From positions 248,001 through 312,000 of the IMG/VR virus record IMGVR_UViG_3300020469_003050: DNA of 64,000 nt, one strand, 5' to 3'. Under the pieces are notes generated by a model. That model was not told the origin of the DNA. It saw only the letters and a program-made list of their open reading frames with translations, and did no database searches. The position numbers were made by a program, and so were the translations under genes. Below, piece after piece: positions 37,887-46,935 of the stretch; position 1 is the stretch's first letter, and each line of letters begins with the position of its first letter.

Positions 37887-38708
37887 TTATTTCTTATCTA
37901 GTGCAGAAATCATCCTAGTCATTCCAATTCCTCCACCAACTCTTGGGAAGAAATCAAATTCTAAGAATTTTTCTAGTTCTGCTTCTACTCTTTCTTTAGA
38001 AAATAGTTTGTACAATAATTCTGAGTATTCACCATTTGTTATTGTGTGAAAAGTATCTCTCATCATTTCTACATCACATGAACGTTCTGCGGATCCAATA
38101 GTTTCCATTCCACCTAAGATAACATCTATCTTCTTACTAGTTGCACCGCCTTCATTTCTGCTCATATTCCAGAACGGAGATGTCATTTCAGGAAAATCTG
38201 TAATCATTGTTGAACCGAATTCTTCAAACATTTTAGTTTCATGTTCTGCTTCCATTTCTACTGTTGGTTCTAAGTTGTAATGTTTTTGCCAATCAGCATA
38301 TGTTCTTTCTTCTGGTTTAGGGAACTCTAAGTATTCACATAGTTCGTATTCCATCTTTTTCAAATCATCAATGTCACCTGGCATTTCAAATTCAAACATT
38401 GGGAAGATAATATCGTGTCTACCTGGAATTGCATTTGGCTCTTGTCTATAGGACGTGGAGACACAAAAAAAGCCCTTTGTATCGGGCTTTGAGAGTAATT
38501 CGTGTTCTAACCACATTTGGCCTGTTTGGGGAAGCGGCCAGACTTGGCCTGCGTAATTGTATGTTGCTACATTGAACGGGTCTTCACATGCCGCCAATAT
38601 AGATAATCTGTTTTGGGTATGGACTTCTAAAAATCCTTTATCCAAAAAAAATGACCTTAAAAGGCCAACTGTTCTTGTAAATTTATCCGGAGATATTAAT
38701 TGTGTCAT
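37887..38708 (-). CDS. Asx-tRNA-synthetase catalytic-domain-only paralog (asparagine synthetase-like)
   Basis: GFLEVHT, LPQTGQ, SYRQE..GRH..FEFE, ETIGSAER, GGGIGMTR; no anticodon-binding domain; minus-strand late box 38783-38790. Confidence 0.8.
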   Translation of the reverse strand: MTQLISPDKFTRTVGLLRSFFLDKGFLEVHTQNRLSILAACEDPFNVATYNYAGQVWPLPQTGQMWLEHELLSKPDTKGFFCVSTSYRQEPNAIPGRHDIIFPMFEFEMPGDIDDLKKMEYELCEYLEFPKPEERTYADWQKHYNLEPTVEMEAEHETKMFEEFGSTMITDFPEMTSPFWNMSRNEGGATSKKIDVILGGMETIGSAERSCDVEMMRDTFHTITNGEYSELLYKLFSKERVEAELEKFLEFDFFPRVGGGIGMTRMISALDKK

Positions 38709-38965
38709 TTTCTTTTCCTTTTTGTTATCCAAAAAAAAATATAGCCAAAAAAAAATTTGGTATTCGTTTTTGATGTTGTTTTTATTTATCTTTTTTATTT
38801 AAAAAGTTATCAACAATTCAATTAAAAATTGTATTGATTTCATATCTATTTTGTGTTACATTTATAAATATGAAAGTAACAATGAGGTTACAACCAGGCA
38901 CCAATCGAGCCTGGTCTAATTATGTGAGCACCGTGGTAAAGACGGTAAGCAGAAGGAGATAAAAA

Positions 38966-39928
38966 ATGGATGCACTCACCCTATGGATGGCAATAGGATT
39001 TCTATTTGCCGCATATTCAGTAATCGCAAACGATTCAGTACAAACTCTTGGTACTTGGATTGCATCAAATAACGAAAAATTTAATTGGAAGATAATGTGG
39101 GGAGCCGCAAGTGCGGTACTGCTTTATACTTTGTGGTATGGTTGGACAACTAATGGCGGAGATATTAGTTACGGACGATTAAACAAAATTCCATTTCAAG
39201 AAATACAATGGTATCATGCCGCCGCACCAGGCTTACTATTGATATTAACAAGAATAGGTGTACCAGTAAGTACAAGTTTCTTAGTGCTAAGTGCATTTGC
39301 TAGTACGTTTGTATTAGAGAAGATGCTAGTCAAATCAATGATGGGTTATGCAGTTGCGGCTGTGGCGGCATATGTAATCTGGATTGGTGTTACTAAAATA
39401 CTTGATGAAGCAAAACCAGTCGCTGAAAATCATAAAATGTATTGGCGAGTAGGTCAGTGGGTAACAACTGGCTTTTTATGGTTTACTTGGTTATCACATG
39501 ATATGGCAAACATTGCCGTATTCTTACCAAGACAAATCCCATTTGATTTAATGGTAATGGTAAGTGCAGTATTTGTATTTGGCTTAGGTTATATATTTTA
39601 TACTGGTGGTGGTAAAATACAAAACATCGTAATTGAAAAACATAACACACGTTATGTAAGAAGTGCTACAATAATTGATTGTGTATATTTTCTAATTCTT
39701 TGGTTCTTCAAAGAACTGAATGATATACCAATGTCAACAACTTGGGTATTCGTAGGATTACTTTGTGGTCGTGAACTTGCTATGGCAACTATTACAGGTA
39801 AAGAAAAGTTTAAAACTGTTTTCCCTCTTGTAACTAAAGACTTCATAAAGATGATGATTGGTTTAGGTGCAAGTGTTGGTGTAGTCTTATCTATTCACTA
39901 TATAATTGTTCCCAACGGTTTACACTAA
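38966..39928 (+). CDS. PiT/PHO4-like anion (phosphate or sulfate) transporter
   Basis: Duplicated PiT-like motifs IANDSVQTLGT..PVSTS and SHDMANIA..PMSTT; about 9-10 TM. Confidence 0.6.
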   Translation: MDALTLWMAIGFLFAAYSVIANDSVQTLGTWIASNNEKFNWKIMWGAASAVLLYTLWYGWTTNGGDISYGRLNKIPFQEIQWYHAAAPGLLLILTRIGVPVSTSFLVLSAFASTFVLEKMLVKSMMGYAVAAVAAYVIWIGVTKILDEAKPVAENHKMYWRVGQWVTTGFLWFTWLSHDMANIAVFLPRQIPFDLMVMVSAVFVFGLGYIFYTGGGKIQNIVIEKHNTRYVRSATIIDCVYFLILWFFKELNDIPMSTTWVFVGLLCGRELAMATITGKEKFKTVFPLVTKDFIKMMIGLGASVGVVLSIHYIIVPNGLH

Positions 39929-40052
39929 AAAGATAAATAACTTTATAGAACAAAACTAATAACTAAGTACGCATAGGATTATAAACAAAAGTATAAGTGT
40001 GTCGGACACTGCGTAACACATTCTGACATTCCACAAAACAAATTTATTGGAG

Positions 40053-40074
40053 CCCATTCTTCGGAATGGGTTTT
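40053..40074 (+). terminator. Terminator with cUUCGg tetraloop
   Basis: CCCATTC-TTCG-GAATGGG-TTTT. Confidence 0.75.
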
Positions 40075-40110
40075 CCATTTGTACCTGTGACATAAATGAT
40101 AAATACATAT

Positions 40111-40893
40111 ATGCGTTATTCAGATATTATAAACATCACATTTAACCAAACACTCAATGAAGCATTCGATGTCAATGAGGCAGGAGAAAGTGCGGAAAGA
40201 CAAGAGAATGGTTTTGTGAAAACAATAGCAGAAGCGATAGAACAGAATGGTGGTAAGCCTATTAAATTAATAGCAGGCGAAACTACTATTGATGGAGTAA
40301 CCGGTGCAGTAAAATACACTGGTAGACAAGATTCAGGTTCAGAGCCATATACAGATATTGTACTTAAAACAAGTAAAGGTGATTTAAATCTTTCAATGAA
40401 AGGCCCATCAGCACCATCATTAGCTGGCGGTGGGTTACGTGGTATTCAAGCAATTATACCAGATATCGGTGAAAACTTTTTTACTGCGGCCTATAAGAAT
40501 TTATTAAATAATGGTTACAAATCTGGAGATAAGATTCCAGATACAGTAGGTAAATTGAACGATAAGGACAAAATGTTACTTGTAGTTGGAACAAAGGCTA
40601 TGGGAGGTCCTATAGATTATATGTATATTGGTCCAATGGACGTATCGCATGAACAAAAAGATAATACAGTAAAAGTCAATGGATCTTTATATACATCAAA
40701 GTACTATGCAGAAAAGAAAGACTTATATTTCAGACTACGTGCTAGACGTATAGACCAGACGTTTGATGAGGACGCAAAATATAGTAATGGAATCCCTAAA
40801 ATATATGGAAAATCACCATCAAAAGGTGATAGTGCAGGAAGACTTGTTATCACAGATAAGCCATCTTCTAAGGCATTAAAGATTATATTCTAA
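40111..40893 (+). CDS. Restriction-endonuclease-like (PD-(D/E)xK) late protein with capsid-targeting-like leader
   Basis: ERQE..EPYTDIVL..NLSMK; GATAAATA 40098-40105 ends 6 nt before the ATG. Confidence 0.55.
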   Translation: MRYSDIINITFNQTLNEAFDVNEAGESAERQENGFVKTIAEAIEQNGGKPIKLIAGETTIDGVTGAVKYTGRQDSGSEPYTDIVLKTSKGDLNLSMKGPSAPSLAGGGLRGIQAIIPDIGENFFTAAYKNLLNNGYKSGDKIPDTVGKLNDKDKMLLVVGTKAMGGPIDYMYIGPMDVSHEQKDNTVKVNGSLYTSKYYAEKKDLYFRLRARRIDQTFDEDAKYSNGIPKIYGKSPSKGDSAGRLVITDKPSSKALKIIF

Positions 40894-41006
40894 AAAAACA
40901 TCTAAAAAGCAAGTAAAATATGGCGTTTTTTACGCCTTTTAAACTTGACAAAACCACCAAAACCGTGTATACTGTAAGTATATTAACAATGAGAAAGGTA
41001 TATGAA

Positions 41007-41540
41007 ATGAAAAAACTAATTGTAATGATAACTGGTGCAGTTATGCTATTCTCAAGTGTAGCAATGGCTAATGCACATCATATTAATAAAACTGTAAGAG
41101 TACAGGCAGAAGTTGTATCTTCTACTGCAATCACACAACAGGTAGTACAAAGAGTACCTGAGCAACAATGTACAGTTGTAGACGTACCTATCTATAGTAC
41201 ACAAAACAATGCTACTACGGGTGACGTAATAGTAGGTGCTATTATTGGTGGTGCAATCGGTAATCAATTTGGTAAAGGTAAAGGTAACGATGCGGCGACA
41301 GTATTAGGCGCTATCATCGGTGCAGATTCAGTTAACAAAAAGAATAGTAGTAAAACTATTGTTGGTTACAAACAAGTAAATCAATGTAATACTATCTTTA
41401 TCGAAACAGTTGCAGACAAGATTGTAGGTTATACTACAACTATGAAAACTACTGAGGGCGAAACATATACGTTTCAAACTAGTTCTCAATATGCAGTTGG
41501 AACAATCGTATTCTTAAAAAAGCAAGTTTCACTAAACTAA
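41007..41540 (+). CDS. Exported glycine-zipper 2TM protein
   Basis: Signal peptide; GAIIGGAIGNQFGKGKGNDAATVLGAIIG; promoter 40945-40973. Confidence 0.8.
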   Translation: MKKLIVMITGAVMLFSSVAMANAHHINKTVRVQAEVVSSTAITQQVVQRVPEQQCTVVDVPIYSTQNNATTGDVIVGAIIGGAIGNQFGKGKGNDAATVLGAIIGADSVNKKNSSKTIVGYKQVNQCNTIFIETVADKIVGYTTTMKTTEGETYTFQTSSQYAVGTIVFLKKQVSLN

Positions 41541-41613
41541 ACATAACATAGAAGTTAAATTCTCCTTCTTAATTAGATAAATACAGATGAGGTCTACTAA
41601 GAAGGAGAATATT

Positions 41614-43161
41614 ATGTTATTTCCAATTATTACCTTTGCTACGGCTATTGCGATTGCTTTTATAGCCGCGTGGTTTTCAATCGTCGGACTTATGGCGATT
41701 TTTGCCGCCTCAGCAATACCAGTAGCATTAATGGCAGGTTCACTTGAAGTCGGTAAATTAGTTGCCGCCTCATGGGTGTACCGTAATTGGAAGAGGGCTC
41801 CATTTCTATTAAAATTTTATTTGACAATAGCAGTTGTCGTTTTGATGTTCATCACAAGCATGGGTATTTTCGGTTTCTTATCGAAAGCACACCTTGAACA
41901 AGCCGCTCAGGGAACGGCTAACGTGGCAAAGGTTGAACGTATTGACAACGATATTATCAGGTTTAATGCATTAATAGAACGTACTGAAATTAAAATAGCT
42001 AAACTTGAAAATGAAACTAGTGATGATTCATCTGATATCAATGCTCAGATTGATGCAGAGCAACAACGTATGGATAATGCGTATGCTCGTATTCAACCTG
42101 CTATTGATGAGCAAATGGAAATCATTAGAGAAGAACAAAAAGGTTCTGATGAACAAGTAAAATCTTATACAGAACAAATTAATCGTATAGATGACCAGTT
42201 ACAAAAGTTACAAACTTATGCTGATAACATCGAAGATGAAAATAATGTTAAGAAAATTCAGGCTATGATTGGTACAAAAGTAGATGGAAGATATGGATAT
42301 CGTACTGCTGGCAAGGTTACTGATTTTATTGAGAAATCAAATGCTGAAAAACAGAAACTAATTGCTATTGTAGAAGATATTCGTAATTCAGTAAACACAG
42401 ATATTATCGACCAGGCACGTGAAGAAATCAAAAGACTACGTGCAATGGCAGACAGAGAAATACAAAATGCACAAGATAATATTAATCGTCTACGAAACGT
42501 CTTATCACAAGTAGGAGAAATAGACAATACAGATGAAATCGATACTTTAGTTATAAAGGTGTCAGATACAGAGCAAAGAATCGAAGTTCTTTTAGATGAG
42601 AAGTTTGAAATTGAAAGCGAAGTTAGACAACTTGAAGCAGAAGTAGGACCAATAAAATATATAGCAGAACTAATATATGGAGAAACCAATCCCACTATTA
42701 TTGATTCGGCTGTACGTTGGTTAATCATCGTGTTTATATTTGTTTTCGACCCATTGGCTGTTATATTATTGGTTGCGGCAAACTACAGTTTTGCTAATAG
42801 AAATAACCATGAAAACAGACAACAAGAAATGTTTGATGGACTTTTTCACAGAAATGAAGAAAAAACGCTTGACAAAACGACCTCAATGAGCGATAATAAA
42901 GATATTGATTTGGATACAGAAGAAGAAACTGTTGAAGAAATTAAAGATGAAATTAAAGATGAAAAAGAAACTGAAAACGTGGAAGTAGTTAAATCAGAAA
43001 CTAAAAAGCCAGGTGGCGTATATTTAGATCCAGCTGAAATTGATTTAAAGAACATCGATGAGAAATCATTGAAAGAAATTAAATCGAAAGTAGAAAGAGA
43101 AATAAATACTAAAGCAGAGAAACGTTCTGGCTGGCTAGATGATTTAAACAATGGAAAATAA
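41614..43161 (+). CDS. Membrane-anchored long coiled-coil protein
   Basis: 3 N-terminal TM, coiled coil, EAEVGPIKYIAE..FVFDPLAV TM; late box at 41576. Confidence 0.75.
   Translation: MLFPIITFATAIAIAFIAAWFSIVGLMAIFAASAIPVALMAGSLEVGKLVAASWVYRNWKRAPFLLKFYLTIAVVVLMFITSMGIFGFLSKAHLEQAAQGTANVAKVERIDNDIIRFNALIERTEIKIAKLENETSDDSSDINAQIDAEQQRMDNAYARIQPAIDEQMEIIREEQKGSDEQVKSYTEQINRIDDQLQKLQTYADNIEDENNVKKIQAMIGTKVDGRYGYRTAGKVTDFIEKSNAEKQKLIAIVEDIRNSVNTDIIDQAREEIKRLRAMADREIQNAQDNINRLRNVLSQVGEIDNTDEIDTLVIKVSDTEQRIEVLLDEKFEIESEVRQLEAEVGPIKYIAELIYGETNPTIIDSAVRWLIIVFIFVFDPLAVILLVAANYSFANRNNHENRQQEMFDGLFHRNEEKTLDKTTSMSDNKDIDLDTEEETVEEIKDEIKDEKETENVEVVKSETKKPGGVYLDPAEIDLKNIDEKSLKEIKSKVEREINTKAEKRSGWLDDLNNGK
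42869..42897 (+). promoter_or_regulatory. Intragenic sigma70 promoter upstream of clpX-infC-rpsU
   Basis: TTGACA-17-GATAAT. Confidence 0.5.
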
Positions 43162-43178
43162 CAGAGAAAGTATAAACA

Positions 43179-44453
43179 TTGGCTGACAAAAAAGATTATC
43201 ATTGTTCATTTTGTGGGAAACATAAGAATGAAATTAGTACATTAATTGCAGGTCCTTCGACATTTATCTGTAATGAATGTATTGACCTATGTCACTCTAT
43301 CGTATATGAACGCAAGAATGTAACTAAAAAATCTAAAACTGTAAACAGTGACATTCCGACACCTGACGAAATTAATGAGTTTTTGAATGCTCATGTAATT
43401 GGTCAGGGAGAAGCTAAAGAAGTCCTGAGTGTGGCTGTTTACAATCATTATAAAAGAATTAATCAATCAGAAGATGATGATGTAGAGTTAGAGAAATCTA
43501 ATGTTATGATGCTCGGTCCTTCTGGTACAGGTAAAACACTCTTAGCAAAAACAATCGCAAAATTCTTAGATGTTCCTTTCGCACAAGTCGATGCAACTAC
43601 ATTAACAGAAAGTGGTTATGTAGGTGAAGATGTTGAAAACGTAATACAACGTTTACTTATGAATGCAGACTTTGAAATTAAGAAAGCAGAACAGGGTATT
43701 ATCTACATAGATGAGATAGATAAGAAAGCTAAAAAGGGTGAAAGTATTTCAATCACTAAAGATGTTAGTGGTGAAGGTGTTCAACAAGCCTTATTAAAAA
43801 TTGTTGAAGGCACTGTTGTTCGTGTTCCGCCAGGTGGTGGGAGAAAACATCCAGGTGCTGATATGCTTGAAGTTAATACTGATAACATTTTATTCATTGT
43901 AGGTGGTGCATTTGTAGGACTTGATAAAGTAATCAAACGAAGATTGAATTCAAATGGTTCAATTGGTTTTGGTGCAAGAGTTATGGCACAAGATAGCAGT
44001 GATGATATGACAGTATCACAAGAAGTGTTGCCAGAAGACGTAATTAAATATGGTATCATTCCAGAATTTATGGGTCGTTTTCCAATACTTGTAGGCATAG
44101 ACGATTTAACTGAACGTGAGTTAAGTCGTATATTAACAGAACCTAAGAATAATTTAACTGCACAATTTAAGAAGATTTTTAAATTAGATGGTGTAGATTT
44201 AAATTTTACTGAGGATGCAATAACAGAGATATCTAAAATAGCAAAAAAGAATAAGACTGGAGCAAGAGGTCTAAGAAGTGTTTTAGAAAAGTCATTGTTA
44301 AAATTACAATTCAAATTACCTAAGCTATCAAAGAATGCTGGCTTAACGTCTGTTGAAATAACTGGTGACTTTATTAATAAAAATGCTGATCCAATTTTGG
44401 TATTTAAGGATGAAACAGAGGAAAATATAAACATTAATGAAAAGAAACTTTAA
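43179..44453 (+). CDS. clpX: ATP-dependent Clp protease ATPase ClpX
   Basis: CSFCGK..ICNEC ZBD, GPSGTGKT, GYVGEDVE, GGRKHP, IGF loop, TGARGL. Confidence 0.97.
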   Translation: MADKKDYHCSFCGKHKNEISTLIAGPSTFICNECIDLCHSIVYERKNVTKKSKTVNSDIPTPDEINEFLNAHVIGQGEAKEVLSVAVYNHYKRINQSEDDDVELEKSNVMMLGPSGTGKTLLAKTIAKFLDVPFAQVDATTLTESGYVGEDVENVIQRLLMNADFEIKKAEQGIIYIDEIDKKAKKGESISITKDVSGEGVQQALLKIVEGTVVRVPPGGGRKHPGADMLEVNTDNILFIVGGAFVGLDKVIKRRLNSNGSIGFGARVMAQDSSDDMTVSQEVLPEDVIKYGIIPEFMGRFPILVGIDDLTERELSRILTEPKNNLTAQFKKIFKLDGVDLNFTEDAITEISKIAKKNKTGARGLRSVLEKSLLKLQFKLPKLSKNAGLTSVEITGDFINKNADPILVFKDETEENININEKKL

Positions 44454-44982
44454 AGATGAAAGAGGGCGAAAGCCTTTTATTATCGCTAACCAACGTATCC
44501 GTGCAGACGAGTTACGTGTGGTAACAGACCAAGGTGAGCAACTTGGTATCATGCAAAAAAATCAAGCACAACAAAAAGCGGATGCTGACGGATTAGATTT
44601 AGTTCTTATAGTTCCTAACGCCAATCCTCCTGTAGCAAAAATCATTAGTATAAATAAGTACAACTACGAAATCAAAAAACGTGAGAAAGAGAAGGCAAAA
44701 CTAGCCAGACAAAATTCAGTTGAAGTTAAAGAAGTTAAGTTCAGACCAGCTATAGGCGAGAATGACCTAAAGATGAAACTTAACCAAGTTCAAAAGTTTA
44801 TTGACAAAGGCAATAAAGTAAAAGTGACAATACAAATGAGGGGCAGGGAAAATGCAAAAGCTACAGAAGTTTTAGCATATTTCAATTCCCAAATCTCTGA
44901 ATACTTGAGTAGTTTTAAGTATGACCTTCCTCTAAAAACTAACGGGAATAGAATAATAGGTGTAATAATAAAAAATGACTAG
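44437..44982 (+). CDS. infC: Translation initiation factor IF-3
   Basis: NQRIRA..GEQLGI..LDLVLI..PPVAKI..KEVKFRPAIGEND..KVKV..RGRE. Confidence 0.95.
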   Translation: MKRNFKDERGRKPFIIANQRIRADELRVVTDQGEQLGIMQKNQAQQKADADGLDLVLIVPNANPPVAKIISINKYNYEIKKREKEKAKLARQNSVEVKEVKFRPAIGENDLKMKLNQVQKFIDKGNKVKVTIQMRGRENAKATEVLAYFNSQISEYLSSFKYDLPLKTNGNRIIGVIIKND

Positions 44983-45241
44983 TTACAATAATAGTTATAG
45001 AAACAAAAATAATAGAAATGATTTTTCACAAACAGGTAAATCAGGTCTAACAGTAGAAGTAAGAAACGGGCAGTTTGAAAGAGCATTAAGAAAGTTCAAA
45101 AAGAAAGTGCAAGAAGCAGGTATCATACAGGAAGTACGAGACAGAAAGGCTTATGTTAAACCAAGTGAAGTTAAACGTAAGGCTAGGGACGCCGGAAAAA
45201 AACGTTGGTACAGAAAAATGAAAATGCAGGAACTAGAATAA
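44975..45241 (+). CDS. rpsU: 30S ribosomal protein bS21 with N-terminal extension
   Basis: VEVRNGQFERALRKFKKKV..GIIQEVRDRKAYVKPSEVKRK. Confidence 0.92.
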   Translation: MTSYNNSYRNKNNRNDFSQTGKSGLTVEVRNGQFERALRKFKKKVQEAGIIQEVRDRKAYVKPSEVKRKARDAGKKRWYRKMKMQELE

Positions 45242-45267
45242 AAAAGGGGAACCTAAGTCCCCCTTTT
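45241..45267. terminator. Bidirectional terminator
   Basis: AAAAAGGGGA-ACCTAAG-TCCCCTTTT; same CCTAAG loop as at 23771. Confidence 0.8.
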
Positions 45268-45289
45268 AATCTTAATAATTATGTCTCTA

Positions 45290-45607
45290 TTAGAACAAAT
45301 GATTATCAGAGAATTCTTCAAAGATAGGTTGACTATCAGCAAATCCTTGCATTTGAGTACCGATAGCAGTTTCAATAGCATTCATAGTTTCGTTGTTTGG
45401 ATAAACAACTGTAATCATGCCTTCAAACTTATCAGCAGTCAATTCTTCTTTGTATTTTGTAGCATCATTCAAATCAATACCGTTATCAGAAAGAATTGTT
45501 CTCATAAGGTTGTAATATGAACTGTAGCTATTCTCAGAAATCAGTTGAGCATTATCGTCATATTGTTTCACAATATGTGGATAAAATACTTTTGTTTCTT
45601 TAATCAT
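45290..45607 (-). CDS. Hypothetical late protein
   Basis: GGAGG SD; minus-strand GATAAATA at 45645-45652. Confidence 0.7.
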   Translation of the reverse strand: MIKETKVFYPHIVKQYDDNAQLISENSYSSYYNLMRTILSDNGIDLNDATKYKEELTADKFEGMITVVYPNNETMNAIETAIGTQMQGFADSQPIFEEFSDNHLF

Positions 45608-45675
45608 AATAGGTGGCCTCCTAAAGTCTGTTTGATTATACTGTTATTTATCAAAATTAAAATAAGGATTGTGAA

Positions 45676-45921
45676 TTGGATATAGATTTAGACAAATTAT
45701 CACTAAGAGAACTGCAACAAGAAAGCACCAGAGCATTGCTTACGCAGGACGGAACTAGTGTAGGTATCTCAAAATACAACAAAAAAGCTAATCATAATAG
45801 TCAATTATGGTACAAAGCAGTACTTGAAGACTATATTGAGAAATATGGTGGTTTACCTCGTGATGCAGGCCCATCTAAGGGAATTGTACTTTTTTCAGAA
45901 AAACTTGATAAAGGCACTTGA
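45676..45921 (+). CDS. Hypothetical protein
   Basis: TTG start, AAGGA SD. Confidence 0.6.
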   Translation: MDIDLDKLSLRELQQESTRALLTQDGTSVGISKYNKKANHNSQLWYKAVLEDYIEKYGGLPRDAGPSKGIVLFSEKLDKGT

Positions 45922-45979
45922 CATTTGGAAAAAAATCACTATATTATAATATATGCATAAAATTATGCATAAATAACTG

Positions 45980-46039
45980 TGTAGATTGCTTTAGATAGGA
46001 TCTACATTTAAATTAACTTGCTTAATAAAGGAGTAAACA
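45980..46039 (+). promoter_or_regulatory. ROSE-like RNA thermometer in hsp20 5'UTR
   Basis: ACUU(G)CUU pairs with AAGGAGU with a bulged G (UUGCU motif); upstream hairpin TGTAGAT/ATCTACA. Confidence 0.65.
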
Positions 46040-46483
46040 ATGACAAACGGACTATCTATTTTTAACCAGTTACGACCTGTAACTGTAGGCTTTGACAACA
46101 TGTTTGACCACTTTGAACGTATGTTCGATGGCGATGTTGCAACATTTCAAACTCAAGTAAACTTCCCACCTTACAATATCGTAAAGACTGGAGATTTCAC
46201 TTATGATGTAGAACTAGCATTAGCTGGATTCTCAAAAGATGATATTACAGTTGACTATGCTGATAACATTTTGACGGTTAAATCTGTTAAGAAAGAAAAA
46301 TCAGATGATGATAAAGACGGTGTTCTTCACAGAGGTATCTCTAAAAGAATGTTCTCTAAAGCATTCACTATTGCAGATGATGTTGAAGTGAAAGGTGCAG
46401 AGTTGAAAGACGGGTTACTGAAAATATCTTTAGAACGTATCGTTCCAGAAGGTAAGAAGCCTCGTAATATCGAAATATCATAA
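46040..46483 (+). CDS. Small heat-shock protein (Hsp20/IbpA-like)
   Basis: VGFD, FPPYNI, ELALAGF, LHRGIS.R.F, GAELKDGLL. Confidence 0.95.
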   Translation: MTNGLSIFNQLRPVTVGFDNMFDHFERMFDGDVATFQTQVNFPPYNIVKTGDFTYDVELALAGFSKDDITVDYADNILTVKSVKKEKSDDDKDGVLHRGISKRMFSKAFTIADDVEVKGAELKDGLLKISLERIVPEGKKPRNIEIS

Positions 46484-46501
46484 AATATTTCTAATCAAAA
46501 T

Positions 46502-46531
46502 AAAAGCGAGGGATTCGTTCCTCGCTTTTTT
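46502..46531 (+). terminator. Intrinsic terminator
   Basis: AAAAGCGAGG..CCTCGCTTTTTT. Confidence 0.85.
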
Positions 46532-46606
46532 ATATAAAAATCACTTGATAAATTCCTTTATAAATGCTATAATACAGATAAATACTATAGACAGTGAGGA
46601 AAATAA

Positions 46607-46921
46607 ATGCACGTACAAAACGATAGTGAAACAGTAGTTGATGCATCTACTAGGACTTCAATAGAACCTCCTAAGAGATATTATATTGTTATGCATAATG
46701 ATGATTCAACTCCTATAGATTTTGTAGTAAAGGTGTTAATCGAACTGTATAAACACGAAGACCAAACGGCGGCTGACCTAGCAAATAAAATTCACATAGA
46801 TGAAAAAGCTATTGTCGGCATGTTCAATTTAGAAATAGCAGAACAGAAGGTGGAAGAGACTCACGGAACAAGTAGGGCGCATGGTTACCCATTAACGGTA
46901 ACATTAGAACAAGCAGATTAA
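46607..46921 (+). CDS. clpS: N-degron adaptor ClpS
   Basis: PPKRY.IVMHNDDSTPIDFVV..IH..EIAEQK..YPL; early promoter 46545-46573 plus late box 46577. Confidence 0.92.
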   Translation: MHVQNDSETVVDASTRTSIEPPKRYYIVMHNDDSTPIDFVVKVLIELYKHEDQTAADLANKIHIDEKAIVGMFNLEIAEQKVEETHGTSRAHGYPLTVTLEQAD

Positions 46922-46935
46922 CCGGAGAACTCCCC

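Noticed and set aside
43781-44434. Long antisense ORFs (also 12467-12901, 42258-42728, 20986-21372, 31648-32142)
   Set aside because: Shadows of well-supported + strand genes, with no SD, promoter or motifs
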